Source: Candidatus Zixiibacteriota bacterium (GTDB lineage Bacteria > Zixibacteria > MSB-5A5 > WJJR01). From it: 38,020 nt of DNA. Shown one piece after another: positions 19,014 through 29,500 of this stretch. The stretch covers positions 17,010 to 55,029 of the forward strand of contig JAVHPP010000033.1 of assembly GCA_036170655.1 (NCBI GenBank), in the 5' to 3' direction. The position numbers and the translations under genes are program-made. Position 1 is the first letter of the stretch, and each line of letters opens with the position of its first letter. Under the pieces are notes generated by a model that was not told where the DNA came from, did not search any database, and worked only from the letters and a program-made list of their open reading frames with translations.

Positions 19014-20795
19014 TCAGCCCTTGCGATCCGGGTTCGTCGACAACAGACGCACGTACTCGTCTTTGTGGGTCAGAATCTGGATGGCCTTGCGGACATGGTC
19101 ATCATCGGACAACACAATGCCCTCGTAAAATCCCTTCTGGCCAAAGAGCTTCGACAGCACGGCGCGTTTGATCTCGCGCTTGATGAACGGATCGCTCTTC
19201 TTGAACTCGAGTTCCTTTTCCTGATCGATCAATGACGCGACTTGATCCAGACTGGCCTTGTATATAGTCTGTCGCTCAGTATCATTCTTCAGTGATTCGC
19301 GTATGTTCTCCAATTCGACCTGCGTACCCGTCTTGTAGTCGAACTTCTTATCTTTCAGGTATTGGCGGAATTCGCTCAGAAGATTGTCATTGACGTCAAA
19401 ATTCATGGTGATGTCGGGGTGAACCGTCGTGTAGTGGACGGCGAAATTGAAGAAGACACCCTGCCGCCAGAGGTTGATTTCGAGTGGCGTCCACGTGGGG
19501 TCATCGACTTTGACATCGGGCACAATCCCGCCGCCGCCGTACACTTTCCGTCCCTTGTTGGTGTAGAAAATGTCTTTCTCGCTGGGTTCCTTCGTGACCA
19601 ATTCGACCGAATCTTCATCTGACTTCGGGTGTTTCGTGCTGCGCGACGGTTTCTGGATGGAGCGGCCCGACGGCACATAATAGCGTGCGGTGGTCAGTTT
19701 TAGGGCGACGTCGTCGCTCTCCGGCAACTGGAAAATCTGCTGGACCAGCCCTTTGCCGAAGGTCGTGTTCCCGACGATCAGCCCGCGGTCCCAGTCTTGG
19801 ATCGCGCCGGAGACGATCTCCGATGCCGATGCTGTGCCTTCATCAACGAGCACGACCAGCGGACCGTCGCCGAATACCGGCTTGTCAGGAGAGAAATACT
19901 TGCGCTGTGATTCCGGATCACGGCCCTGTGTATAGACAACCAGACGGTCCTTGTCGAGGAAGAGGCCAGATGTTTTGACGGCCTGGTCGAGCAGTCCGCC
20001 GCCATTCGAGCGCAGATCAAAGATCAGCGACTGCGCGCCCATGGTCTTCAGCGCGGCGAGCGCTTCGCGCAACTCGGTATCCGTGCTCTCGGAGAACTTG
20101 TTCAAACGCAGGTACCCGATCTTGTGCTCGGTGTCGGCCATGCCATAATAGGGAACCGACTTCAACTCAATCAACGCCCGCTCGATCTCGTAATCCAATG
20201 GTTCGTGAAGGCCGGGCCGCATGATCCGCAGGGTGACCTTTGTGCCGGCGGTGCCGCGCATCAGTTTCGATGCGTCCTCCGTCGACATGCCATCGGTGGA
20301 CTTGCCGTCGATCGCCACAATTCGGTCGCCCGCCCGCAGCCCGACACGCTCCGCCGGTGTCCCTTCGATGGGCGCGACGATCGTGACTGTATCCTCGCGC
20401 AGGTCAATCTGCATCCCGAGGCCTTCGTACTTGCCCTGCGTGGATTCCATCAGCCGGTCGTAGGAAGAACGCTCCAGGAGCACAGAGAATGGATCGAGGA
20501 CGTCGAGCATCCCGCGAATGCCGGCATAAACCATCGCCTTGGTGTTGATCGTGTCCATGTAGTTGGACTGGACACGGTAGGAGATGTCGTTCATCAGCTT
20601 GGTGTACTTGTAGATCGTCTCCCGCTTGAGACGCGTATCGCTATCCGTTCCCGCGCCCGGTGCCGTGCCCTCGTTCTGCACGATGGCCGCAGGATGCTCG
20701 GGGGTCGCTTCGCCTGATCCCACCACCCAGATGACGCCCGTGGCGACCAGTGCGAGAAATAGCGTATAAAGACGGAATCGTCTGTCCTTGCTCAT
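19014..20795 (-). CDS. ctpA: C-terminal processing peptidase, S41A family with PDZ domain
   Basis: LDPFS, GLGMQI PDZ motif, DLRSNGGGLL, TASASEIVSGAIQD, TFGKGLVQ, LTTARYY; N-terminal TM anchor; GGAGG RBS before ATG 20795. Confidence 0.93.
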   Translation of the reverse strand: MSKDRRFRLYTLFLALVATGVIWVVGSGEATPEHPAAIVQNEGTAPGAGTDSDTRLKRETIYKYTKLMNDISYRVQSNYMDTINTKAMVYAGIRGMLDVLDPFSVLLERSSYDRLMESTQGKYEGLGMQIDLREDTVTIVAPIEGTPAERVGLRAGDRIVAIDGKSTDGMSTEDASKLMRGTAGTKVTLRIMRPGLHEPLDYEIERALIELKSVPYYGMADTEHKIGYLRLNKFSESTDTELREALAALKTMGAQSLIFDLRSNGGGLLDQAVKTSGLFLDKDRLVVYTQGRDPESQRKYFSPDKPVFGDGPLVVLVDEGTASASEIVSGAIQDWDRGLIVGNTTFGKGLVQQIFQLPESDDVALKLTTARYYVPSGRSIQKPSRSTKHPKSDEDSVELVTKEPSEKDIFYTNKGRKVYGGGGIVPDVKVDDPTWTPLEINLWRQGVFFNFAVHYTTVHPDITMNFDVNDNLLSEFRQYLKDKKFDYKTGTQVELENIRESLKNDTERQTIYKASLDQVASLIDQEKELEFKKSDPFIKREIKRAVLSKLFGQKGFYEGIVLSDDDHVRKAIQILTHKDEYVRLLSTNPDRKG

Positions 20796-21079
20796 TGAAT
20801 CCTCCAATATGTCGCCTGGCGTTTTCTCTGAATCAGCCGCCCAGCCGCGTCACGTCTATACGATGCAGCTGCGGCGCCTTGGTTGCAACTAATATCACTC
20901 TCGTTGCGCGTTTTCAAGCTCCATCACCACCATTCAGGTCCCGTTCTACCAATAAAGCAAGTCCACTGCCAGATCATCTGCTGAGACGCATGTTTGGAGG
21001 ACACATCCCGTAGGTCTCTGGTCCGTCCCATGATACGCCGGTCTCCCAAGTGGAGTTCCCGGTCGTCTGGCAGAATGCT

Positions 21080-23458
21080 TCATGGCTTCAAGAACTGCTG
21101 CAGATAAGCCATGCCGGAATCCTTGGGTGAGCGACGGACATACGCACGAGCCGCGGCCCGGGCCGCATCACGGTCCCCCGCATCGGCAGCGATATACACC
21201 ATCTCAAGGTAAGGCAGGGTCAGCGTCGTATCGAGCTGGGCCGCACGCTCTGCCAGTTGCTTCGCACGGGTAAAATCCCGAAGATTCCGATAGGAACTCG
21301 CCAGGTAATAGGTCGCGAGGGCATTTTCCGGTGACAGAGTCAGACACCTCGTAAAGGCCGCTGCGGCGGAGTCGTATTGATCCCGCATGACAAAGGCCCC
21401 TCCAAGTAGGAACGGTGCATCGGCGGACTTGGGGAACGCCTGTTCCCAGCGGTGAGCAATTTCGATCGACCGATCGACATGCCCCGACCATTCATACAAC
21501 TGTTGCAGGCGAGCATAGAGCTGCTCGACACCGCAGCCCCGTTGCATGGCCGCTTCATAGTCGCTCAGCGCACCGGACGTGTCGGCCCTTGCCTCGTCCA
21601 CGTAGCCTCTGTAATAGTAGGCCTCGAACCGGCCGGGCTGGAGCGCAATTGCTGCGGTTAGCGCCTGACGGGCTTCTTCGATCTCGTTCAGGGTAAAGTG
21701 CGTGTACCCGAGCTTGTAACGGCAGTCGTAACACGTGTCCGAAATGCTTACTGCTCTTTGGAATGCGTCTCTCGCCCCGCTCATGTCATTCCGGTCGAGC
21801 TGGATCAGCCCAAGGTTCTTCGCATACTTCAGATTCGTGGGATCGCGTTGGATGGCTTGTTCATAGCAAGCCGCCGCGCTGTCGGACATGTTTAAGAGTT
21901 TGTACGCGCCGCCGAGATTCGCCCATGCCAGCGCATCGGAGGGTGCGAGCGTGACTCGCCTGCCGAGATGATCCTTCGCCAAGTCGGGACGGTTGAGGTG
22001 ACGCTGCAAGACGGCTGCCCAGGGCGGCAGGCGGCTGCCGTTGAAAAAGTCTCCAGAGTAGTGCATGTCCTGACGGACGAGTCCATCCACGCGAAGGGTG
22101 GCCTTCATCGGATCCCGCAGAGTCGCCACAAATGCGCCGGCATGAATAATCGCAAAAATGCCGATTAGCACCCAGAAACGCTGCAGAGTCTCCCCCTGAG
22201 GGTACCGTCGGGCAATCACAGCTCCTCCCCAGATCGACAGCGGAATGCCAAAGCCCGACAGAAGATCCCAATCCCGGAACGCGCCGATCAACGGATCCAC
22301 CCAGAAAGAAAAGTACCACATGGACGCCGCAGCGACCGCGACGATACTGGCGGGCATGCTCGTAGTGACCGTCTCCGACCGGCGTCGCAGTGCGAAGATG
22401 ATGCCGACGATTCCCAGCGGAGCGACGAATACCAGGAGATTCAGCATGTCGGCGAGATGCTCCGGACTGAAAGCCGTGTAGGAAGAATCGGGGGTGGACC
22501 AGAAAGACAGGAAGACTCCCGAAACGGTTAGGCGGTAGAAAACGGCGGCGATTCCCCAAACCGCGAAACCAAGCACGAACGTGCCGACCATGGACGCCAA
22601 CCGTTGGCGCACATTCATTCCGGGATGGCGAGCGCGCCAGTGCGCCCAGAGGATTGCGGGGAGAAAGGCCACGGCCAATTGATGGAAGGCAACCGCCAGA
22701 AGCCACGTTCCCCACGCCCACCAAATGCGCCGGGGGCGCCGCTGGGCCTCGAGCGCCAGCGCCAGTGCCCATAGCATGGCCGCATTGGTGAGTGTGTAGC
22801 TCTCCATGTACCCGAACCAGAACGTCACGGCCGTGCTGGTGACTGCGGCTGCGACAATCACCCGTCTGCCATTGACCTCGCTGGAAAGACAGCGGGCGAT
22901 GCGCACGATCGCCCACACGCTCATCAGCCCAGCGAGAACCCCCAGAATGAGATAGCTAACCTCGACTGGGCCACCCAATGGCAGGACAATCCCTCTGTAG
23001 ACCGCCCAGTGCGCGATCACATCGAGCATTTGCGTACGTAACTGGTTCGAATTAGCCGGCAGGCTACTCCCAGAGACCTGCGGCATGTGTCCACCGGCGA
23101 AGAACGCGGGGAAAGAGAATCCATCACCGTACACGTCCGCCCGCGTACGAAATACGATGAACAACACCACACAGATCGCCACCACGCCTGCCGTTGCCCA
23201 CTGCCGCTGGGAGACTCGATCCGCCATACGCGCAACACCGGAGGCAACTGGTCCCATAGCCGCCAACCCGAGCACAGCAAGCATTAGTATGCGAACGACG
23301 ACGGGCAGAGTGGACCAGTAATCAAATCCCCACGTCCAGAGACTCGGCGCCAATGCGAACAATAGATGCGCGATTGTCAGCAGACCAAGCAGGACGGTCA
23401 GCACCGCCGGACCGGTCGTCTGACCGAAAGTGAGTCGATGGGATTTCGGATCAGACAT
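21080..23458 (-). CDS. Polytopic membrane protein (GT-C-like) with C-terminal TPR array
   Basis: About a dozen hydrophobic segments with loop motifs YGDG, FGYMESY, RDWDL; TPRs (AWANLG..Y, AYYYRG, APFLLG, ATYYLA). Start reset to 23458 because a terminator and promoter lie in 23480-23563. Confidence 0.8.
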   Translation of the reverse strand: MSDPKSHRLTFGQTTGPAVLTVLLGLLTIAHLLFALAPSLWTWGFDYWSTLPVVVRILMLAVLGLAAMGPVASGVARMADRVSQRQWATAGVVAICVVLFIVFRTRADVYGDGFSFPAFFAGGHMPQVSGSSLPANSNQLRTQMLDVIAHWAVYRGIVLPLGGPVEVSYLILGVLAGLMSVWAIVRIARCLSSEVNGRRVIVAAAVTSTAVTFWFGYMESYTLTNAAMLWALALALEAQRRPRRIWWAWGTWLLAVAFHQLAVAFLPAILWAHWRARHPGMNVRQRLASMVGTFVLGFAVWGIAAVFYRLTVSGVFLSFWSTPDSSYTAFSPEHLADMLNLLVFVAPLGIVGIIFALRRRSETVTTSMPASIVAVAAASMWYFSFWVDPLIGAFRDWDLLSGFGIPLSIWGGAVIARRYPQGETLQRFWVLIGIFAIIHAGAFVATLRDPMKATLRVDGLVRQDMHYSGDFFNGSRLPPWAAVLQRHLNRPDLAKDHLGRRVTLAPSDALAWANLGGAYKLLNMSDSAAACYEQAIQRDPTNLKYAKNLGLIQLDRNDMSGARDAFQRAVSISDTCYDCRYKLGYTHFTLNEIEEARQALTAAIALQPGRFEAYYYRGYVDEARADTSGALSDYEAAMQRGCGVEQLYARLQQLYEWSGHVDRSIEIAHRWEQAFPKSADAPFLLGGAFVMRDQYDSAAAAFTRCLTLSPENALATYYLASSYRNLRDFTRAKQLAERAAQLDTTLTLPYLEMVYIAADAGDRDAARAAARAYVRRSPKDSGMAYLQQFLKP

Positions 23459-23479
23459 GATCTGGGGGACTGCGTAAAA

Positions 23480-23508
23480 AATGTACCCCAATTGCTCATG
23501 CGGAACAA
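23480..23508 (-). promoter_or_regulatory. Sigma70-like promoter for the membrane/TPR gene
   Basis: Minus strand TTGTTC-N17-TACATT, about 20 nt upstream of ATG 23458. Confidence 0.45.
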
Positions 23509-23530
23509 GGTGGAAACTCCTTCCGGCGGC

Positions 23531-23563
23531 AAAAGAAAAAGGGCCGCCCGCCGGACCGCCCTT
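23531..23563 (-). terminator. Intrinsic terminator of the subtilase gene
   Basis: AAGGGC/GCCCTT stem; minus-strand TTTTTCTTTT tract at 23531-23540, stem begins 26 nt after the stop. Confidence 0.65.
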
Positions 23564-23588
23564 CTCTCGCAAACCGGGGATTGAGCCA

Positions 23589-25967
23589 TTACCCGCCACA
23601 AGTGGGCATTCCTCCTCCTTGAAATACGTAGTCGATCAGCGCCACCAAGTCGAGCACGTCGTTGATGCTGTCACAGTTAATGTCGGCGATTCCCGGTGGC
23701 GTCGCCGGGGCGCCGCCCTGAAATACCATGTCGATCAGGAATGTCACATCCAGTACATCGATCGTCGCATCGTGGTTCAAGTCGCCGGTCTGTGCGCTGA
23801 CCGTCAACGTGCCAGCGGTGTAGCTCGGCGTGTAGGATGCAACGGGCGACGTGAATTGGAACGAATATGACCCCAATGGTCCGACACTGACATTGATCGA
23901 GTCGCCCACCAAATCATCCACGCGCGTGCGCAGCCACACTTTGGCAATCACACCAGAACCCGGTGCCAACGGGGGAGACCCTCCGCCGTTATTGGCTCTC
24001 AGCAGCACCGAGAGCTGGCCGGAGAACCGGTTGTCAAAGACTACCTGATCCAGTTCGAAATAAGCCGTGCGGCATCCTGTCGTGACGATCGAATCGAGAA
24101 ATCCCTTGTTCATGACATTCGATGCAATCACTGGCAGAGTCATCTCGGTCACTGGCTGGCTGTTGCGTGCCCAGATTTCGACAGCGACCGCACGCCCCGA
24201 CAGAGACGACGTGTCCCGTGCCAGCGCAGTGTCCGCCAGCGATGTCACGAAATTCGGCTTGATCTTCGTCCCCAGCCCGATTGCTGTTTGAATGCGCAGG
24301 GTGACACCGAAAAGGCCCGGGCCGTATGTATGTGCAGGGTTCTGCAGGGTCGACGTCGTGCCGTCGCCAAAATCCCATTCCCACGATGTCGCTGTGGTCA
24401 GCGAACTATCCGTAAATTGAACCGTCAGGGGAGCATTTCCGGTCTGCGGCGTGGCGATGAAATTCGCCGACGCAATGTTCTGGGTGCTGGCAAACGCGTT
24501 GATGCGTCCCGAGCCCAGAAGCCCGGCATACGAGGGATTGAGCGCGTCAATGTTGTCGGCGTTATTGACGATGATGTCAACGACCTCCTGACGTGTCAGC
24601 ACGGGATTCAACGAACGGATCAAGCCGACCAGCCCGACCACGTGCGGCGTCGCCATCGATGTTCCGCTGTAGAAAGCATAATCGGGGAAATAGTGGATTG
24701 ATACTGTACTGAGAATGTTGGAACCGGGCGCAGAGACATCCACCGCGGCGCCGTAGGTGGAAAAACTGGACTTCCGGTCCTGATTGGTGGTGGATGCTAC
24801 GCAGATGACATCGGGTCGGGATTGCAAATAGCCGAAACTCGAATTGTTGTCGTTCCCCGCCGCCGCGCAGATGACCAGCCCCGCCGCCACGGCATAGTCG
24901 GTCGCCGCCTCGATCCCGCCCCCAGTCGATGAGCCAAAACTGTAATTGATCCCCACGGCGCCGTTGTCAGCCGCGTAGCGAAATGCCTCCGCGACATAGC
25001 TCATGTGTGTGCGCCCGTTCTCAAATCCCCCGTCGTTGAACGAGTATCCCATGCGCAAACACATGAGCTTACAGCCCGGTTCGCTGAGTGGCCCGAACCC
25101 GCCGGCCACTCCAGCCACACCCTTGCCGTTATTGGTCACTGCCGCGATTGTCCCCGATGTATGAGTGCCGTGGCCGTTGAAATCTTTGGGATCATTGTCC
25201 TTGATTGACCCATCTTCGCCCGGCCAGACCGAAGACCCTCCCGACACAAAATCATACCCAATCAAGTCATCGACATACCCGTTCCCATCATCATCGATCC
25301 CGTTCATGTCGTCCGGGTCAAACACAACTCCATCGCTGTCTAAGTCCTCGCCGGGATTCACCCAGATATTGCTGGCCAGATCCTCATGCGTGTAAAGCAC
25401 ACCGGTGTCGGTATCGGCCAGAGTGGTATTGGGATTCCCGACAGTGCGATCCCACGCTTCCGGTGCATCAATGTCCTTGTCCGTAATCTGGCTGAGTCCC
25501 CACATCTGAGAGAAGTTCGGATCGTCTGGTGTCCGCATGATATAGGCGTAGAAATCGTATTCGACCGAAGCGACTTGGGGATCGCTCTGGTAATCGGCTG
25601 CCGCGCGGTCCAGATCGACGGCCGGATCGAACTCGAGCACATGGTATCCCCGCAGATCGGGCTTGTTCGAGGGAGCAGGAACAGGCCTGGCGCCGGGGAA
25701 GAGCGGCCGATACCGCTGCAACCCGTACCGGACGCTAAGTGCGTCGACACTGGCAATGCCCGTGACCCGGTCACCAAGACCCCGCTTCGACGCGATCGGC
25801 AAGGCGCCGGTCTTGAAGTTCACGATCAGCACTCCCGGTATGCGCTCATCCTGCGCCGAATGGACACTTATGCGATCAAGGGCACGCCCTTGCGAAGGCA
25901 CAGACACGAGAAGTGCAATCGCGGACCCCGCAAGAACCGTAGCCAACAGGGCTCTCATTCTGGTCAT
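23589..25967 (-). CDS. Secreted S8 subtilase with prodomain, PKD, cohesin-like and dockerin domains
   Basis: Triad motifs DTDTGV, NGHGTHTSG, SGTSMATPHV and oxyanion AAGN; PKD WEWDFGDG; terminal GDLNHDATIDVLDV / ADINCDSINDVLDL; GAGGTGG RBS before ATG 25967. Confidence 0.92.
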   Translation of the reverse strand: MTRMRALLATVLAGSAIALLVSVPSQGRALDRISVHSAQDERIPGVLIVNFKTGALPIASKRGLGDRVTGIASVDALSVRYGLQRYRPLFPGARPVPAPSNKPDLRGYHVLEFDPAVDLDRAAADYQSDPQVASVEYDFYAYIMRTPDDPNFSQMWGLSQITDKDIDAPEAWDRTVGNPNTTLADTDTGVLYTHEDLASNIWVNPGEDLDSDGVVFDPDDMNGIDDDGNGYVDDLIGYDFVSGGSSVWPGEDGSIKDNDPKDFNGHGTHTSGTIAAVTNNGKGVAGVAGGFGPLSEPGCKLMCLRMGYSFNDGGFENGRTHMSYVAEAFRYAADNGAVGINYSFGSSTGGGIEAATDYAVAAGLVICAAAGNDNNSSFGYLQSRPDVICVASTTNQDRKSSFSTYGAAVDVSAPGSNILSTVSIHYFPDYAFYSGTSMATPHVVGLVGLIRSLNPVLTRQEVVDIIVNNADNIDALNPSYAGLLGSGRINAFASTQNIASANFIATPQTGNAPLTVQFTDSSLTTATSWEWDFGDGTTSTLQNPAHTYGPGLFGVTLRIQTAIGLGTKIKPNFVTSLADTALARDTSSLSGRAVAVEIWARNSQPVTEMTLPVIASNVMNKGFLDSIVTTGCRTAYFELDQVVFDNRFSGQLSVLLRANNGGGSPPLAPGSGVIAKVWLRTRVDDLVGDSINVSVGPLGSYSFQFTSPVASYTPSYTAGTLTVSAQTGDLNHDATIDVLDVTFLIDMVFQGGAPATPPGIADINCDSINDVLDLVALIDYVFQGGGMPTCGG

Positions 25968-26055
25968 TTCCACCTCAGGAATCAGTATAGCCACACTCAG
26001 TTCTCTGTACCCGCAGCAGACAAGACGTGGAATTCGAAAAGTAAACCACTGGTCG

Positions 26056-26083
26056 AAGATACCATGAATTCAATGATTGTCAA
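26056..26083 (-). promoter_or_regulatory. Sigma70-like promoter for the subtilase
   Basis: Minus strand TTGACA-N16-TATCTT with a TGn extended -10. Confidence 0.55.
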
Positions 26084-26260
26084 TGGCTAAGCGTTTGACG
26101 AACAACGCATTGTGTGGCCGATTCCGGTAGAAGTCGTCTCAAATCGTGCATTCCTTTGCAAGATCGAAGGGTACTCCGATTCGTCAGCACAGCACATAAC
26201 AGTGTAGAAAACAGCGGTAAGTTGCTGTGGCGTCGTCGGCGGTACTGATCGTGGTGGTCC

Positions 26261-26277
26261 TTGGCTTCCCGTTTGCT
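26261..26277 (+). promoter_or_regulatory. Sigma54-like promoter upstream of porU
   Basis: TTGGCTTCCCGTTTGCT: GG 26263-26264, 10 nt, GC 26275-26276. Confidence 0.5.
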
Positions 26278-26521
26278 TCCGTTCCCTCTAAGCACTGGGC
26301 CGACCCGTATGGTCTTGGCCCGGTCGAGGACGGAGTTATCGGTTGACATAACACGAGGTAACACGCTAATTGACTCTGGCCTGCGGGCCTTGGACTGTTA
26401 ACTCGAACGTCAGGAGGTTTTAGCGCATCTGATCGATTGGTTGTTGCACCCCCGGTAAGGGAGTGCGTTAAGAAAGCCATGGGGGAATCGGTCCTGCCTC
26501 CGACGTGAGGCGAGGTAAAAG

Positions 26522-29500
26522 GTGCGTTCAGTAGTCGTCCCTGTTCTGGCCAGTATTGTCACGTTGATCTTCTCCTCGCCGTCGTTGATGGCAGGAGAAT
26601 ACGATGATGTTCAGGTTCTTTCCGCCTCTTCCTTGGAAATCGCTTTTGTTTATCGTCCGGGGCCGTTGTCTTGGTCCATGGACGAAGCGGGCGCCTATCC
26701 ACAGATTCCCGCGTGCGCGGTAGGCCGACTTACGGGGTATCCTGCAATCCCCGGCCGTCTTGTCTACATCGCCGTTCCCCCCGGTTGCCAGAACGTCAGC
26801 GCCACTGCTGAACGGATCACGGCGCGCGACGAGGGGCAGCATCCGCTCACTCCAGATGATCTTGCTGCTGCTGTATTGTTTCCCTATCCGGAACAACTTG
26901 TGCTGGTTGATCCCCTCTTTACTCTCCGGGGGCTCAAGATTGCACGGCTGACGCTGCACCCGTTCACGTACGAGTCGGCCGACGGACGATACTCTGTCAT
27001 GGGTGAGATGACGATTCGCGTTCATTTTGAAGTCACGGGGAGTCTCGGCGCCCCCCCGCCGGGTCAACTGACAGATGCGTTCTCCGGCATATTCCATGAG
27101 ATCATCCTGAACGCCGATCAGGTCTCGGATTGGCGGGTGACGGGTGAAGAAAGTCTCGCCAAACCCGCCGCCGCCCCTGATCCCTTCGCGGGGGCCGATC
27201 ACTGGCTCGCCATTAGTGTCCACACGGGCGGCGTTGTTCGTATCATCCCGGAGGACTTGTCACGGGTTGGCATCGACTTGGCTGCCGTGACGCCGTCATC
27301 GTTCCGTCTTTTTTCCGGTCCCGGCCGCCAGCTCTCCACACGGATGTCGGATCCCCCGCCGGCGCTCACCGAGATTCCGATTTTGATCCGCGGCGGTGAC
27401 GACGGCCGTTTTGATGGCGCCGATGAAATCGAGTTCTACGCGCAGGGACTCAATCGTTGGGAAATGACACCTGATGGCCGGCTCACCGATGTGGTCCATC
27501 GCTACGACCGCGACAACGTCTATTGGCTCTCGCTGGATGGCAGCTTCTCCAGGCCGCCGCAACGTCTGGTGGCAGTGGCCGCCACGGAACCGTCTGCTGC
27601 CGCCCCCGTGTACGTGTCGGGACGCTCCCGCGCCCGCCATGAGAGGGATAAGATTCTTCGCGTCGATGGTCTTGGGTACGTGGGCTCATACTATACTTGG
27701 TATTGGCAGAATCTCCGGACGGCGCAGCTCTTCTCATACGCCGTAGATCAGGCGGAGCCGGGTGCGCCCGCCCGCTGGGAAATCAGCGCCCACGCCGGCC
27801 GCGTACGCTTGCTGGAGGACGGCGCCGTCGTTCCAACTGTGAATGTCCCGTTCGGTAATGGCGAAGACGGTGCGGTCATCACCGCCTTCGATCTCGCCTC
27901 CTTCAACCCGGGCGCCCGGTTCGACCTCGTCTTCGACTCCAGTGGTTCCGAGAATTACTATCTTGATTATTACAGTCTTGATTACCAGCGTCGTCTGACG
28001 CTTGCGTCCAGCGCCATCCAGTTCGCATCGCCGGATACGAATGCGGTTCTCACTCTGGCGGTTGCTGATGTGACCACGGGTTCGGTCTGGGATGTCACAG
28101 ACTCCGCCAATCCGTTCATTGTGGACAGCCTGACCCGGTCGGGGAATGTCGTGCGCTTCGGCGTCGATCAGGAGGGCGGCGCGCGCCATGTGTACTACGC
28201 CTTCGAACCATCCCAGCGTCAGCGTCCGTCCCAAGTCCGGCTCATGATCCGTCCCGATCTCTATGCCCCCGTGGCGCCGGCCGATTACCTCGTCATCGGC
28301 CCGCGGGTGTTCCAGCAGGCGTCGTCGTCGTTTATGACCTATCGGGCGAACCATGATGGCTTGTCCGTCCGATACGTGCCCGTCGAGGACATCTACGACG
28401 ACTTTTCCCTTGGTGTGGCCGATCCAGTCGCGATTCGCCGCTTCTTGCGATATGCGTATCAGAACTGGCCCCGGTCGGCGCACGGCTCTCCGGCATATGC
28501 GCTGCTCCTGGGCGATGGCACCTATGACTTTCTCGATAATTCCGGAGCCCACGCGGTCAATTATGTTCCTCCCTATATCGCGTCCGATGACAACTCCGCT
28601 GCGGATGAGAACTATGTCTACTTCGGCGACAAACAGGTGCTCAATTCGGAAGGCGATCGCCCCGCCAATCCGTTCTCGGATATGATCATCGCGCGCTGGC
28701 CGGTGAAGAATGCCGCGCAGATTCAGGCGATCACGTCCAAAATCACCCGCTATGAATCGCCGGAAAATCTCGGCCCGTGGCGTTCACGCGTCATGCTCGT
28801 CGCCGACGATGAGTTCGGCGACCGGGAGAGAAATTCAGTAGATGAGGACTTCCACGTCCGCAGCGCGGAGGAAATCGCCCACGGGTTCATCCCCTCGCGC
28901 TTCGACCTGCAGAAGATCTATCTGACCGAATATCCGTTCAATAATCCCGGCTGTGAACTGCCCGCCGCGCGCGGCTGTCGCAAGCCCGCGGCCAAGGAGG
29001 CGATTGTCGCGGGTCTGAACGATGGCGTGCTGGTATTCGACTATATTGGGCACGGCAACCCGGATTTGCTCGCCCACGAGCGTGTCTTCGAACGCGCGGT
29101 TGACCTGCCGCGCCTGACCAATGCCGGCATGCCCACGGCGGCCCTCACCTTCTCCTGCTCGATCGGCTTCTTCGACGATCCATCGTCCGAGGGCATGTCC
29201 GAGGAATGGCTGCGCATGCCGGACGCCGGCGCAGTGGCCGTCGTCTCCGCGACTCGTCTGGTAACAGCGGGCGCGAATGCCGCTCTCAACGAAAAAGTCT
29301 TCGATCTGCTCTTTAATCGTCAAATGACAGGGATTGGCGCGGCGTTGTACACAGGCAAGGTCCTCCGCCAGTATTTTGCCAATTGCACGAATTGCGGTCA
29401 GCCTCCCTGCCCCTGTCCCAACGACCGCCGGTATGTGCTCTTTGGCGATCCGGCGATGAAACTCGGCAATCCCACGCTGAAAGTGGACTTTGATTCCCTC

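Noticed and set aside
17661..19014. CRISPR-Cas locus suggested by the Cas4-like nuclease
   Set aside because: No repeat-spacer array, cas1 or cas2 in the window.
23459..23599. N-terminal extension of the membrane/TPR ORF overlapping the subtilase stop
   Set aside because: Region holds a terminator and a promoter-like motif; start reassigned to 23458. ORF-track extensions at 3506, 6126, 7738, 8383 and 30524 were trimmed on RBS, signal-peptide or motif grounds.
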